A stretch of DNA of 64,000 nucleotides from Octopus sinensis (Eukaryota): the NCBI RefSeq assembly GCF_006345805.1, contig NC_042998.1:83948001-84012000 (forward strand), given 5' to 3'. The position numbers were made by a program, and so were the translations under genes. The notes under the pieces were generated by a model that saw nothing but the letters and a program-made list of their open reading frames with translations, had not been told where the DNA came from and made no database searches. Positions 63,684 to 64,000 of the stretch are shown here, in pieces. The first letter of the stretch is position 1; the number at the start of each line of letters is the position of its first letter.

Positions 63684-63751
63684 GCTAAATACGCGTTTCG
63701 AGATTAAAGTAAAGTAATATTTACTTACTTATTTCCCATCTTCAGTGCAGC
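63684..63751 (-). ncRNA. Minimal hammerhead-like motif, canonical core and GUA site
   Basis: Minus strand GCTGCA | CTGAAGA T | GGGA..TCTC | GAAAC GC GTA | TTTAGC. Helix III is the palindrome ACGCGT, and stem I has one mismatch. Confidence 0.5.
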
Positions 63752-64000
63752 ATTACAAGATATAAATTTGAGAGTGTTAGAATTAAATATGTACGCGATC
63801 AAGCGTCGTCGCATAACAGATATTCAAGCAACACTTTCAAAAATATACAGCCGAATGCGAACACGTATTTATCCTGAATACCCACGTGTGTTTTACTAGT
63901 AATCCCGCAGAAACTGCAGTTTTCGAACAGGGAGTAAGTTATATTTCAATGATAATAATGTGTGTGAGTATGTGTGTGTGTGTGTGTGTGTATGTGTGTG

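Overview
AT-rich, repeat-dense eukaryotic DNA. The SINE families look like those of octopus (cephalopod), recognised from memory and not searched. I could not identify an intact host protein-coding gene, tRNA, rRNA or CRISPR array, so the window reads as intergenic or deep-intronic. Most ORFs in the track are microsatellite translations. Recognisable content: several tRNA-derived SINE families; an internally deleted CR1-group LINE (25.6-28.1 kb); a 5'-inverted RTE insertion with an 11-bp TSD (28.45-29.3 kb); a solo LTR (19.7-20.8 kb); a Helitron carrying a PIF1 helicase fragment (40.2-43.1 kb) and a 294-bp mini-Helitron; mariner, Tc1, hAT and MITE derivatives; many decayed Penelope-like (GIY-YIG) fragments; and many long inverted repeats. 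The most interesting signal is six minimal type I hammerhead-ribozyme-like motifs in Penelope-type terminal repeats. Two have the canonical core, three have A6 replaced by U, and one has the C3:G8 tertiary pair swapped to G3:C8. Ribozyme activity is untested inference.
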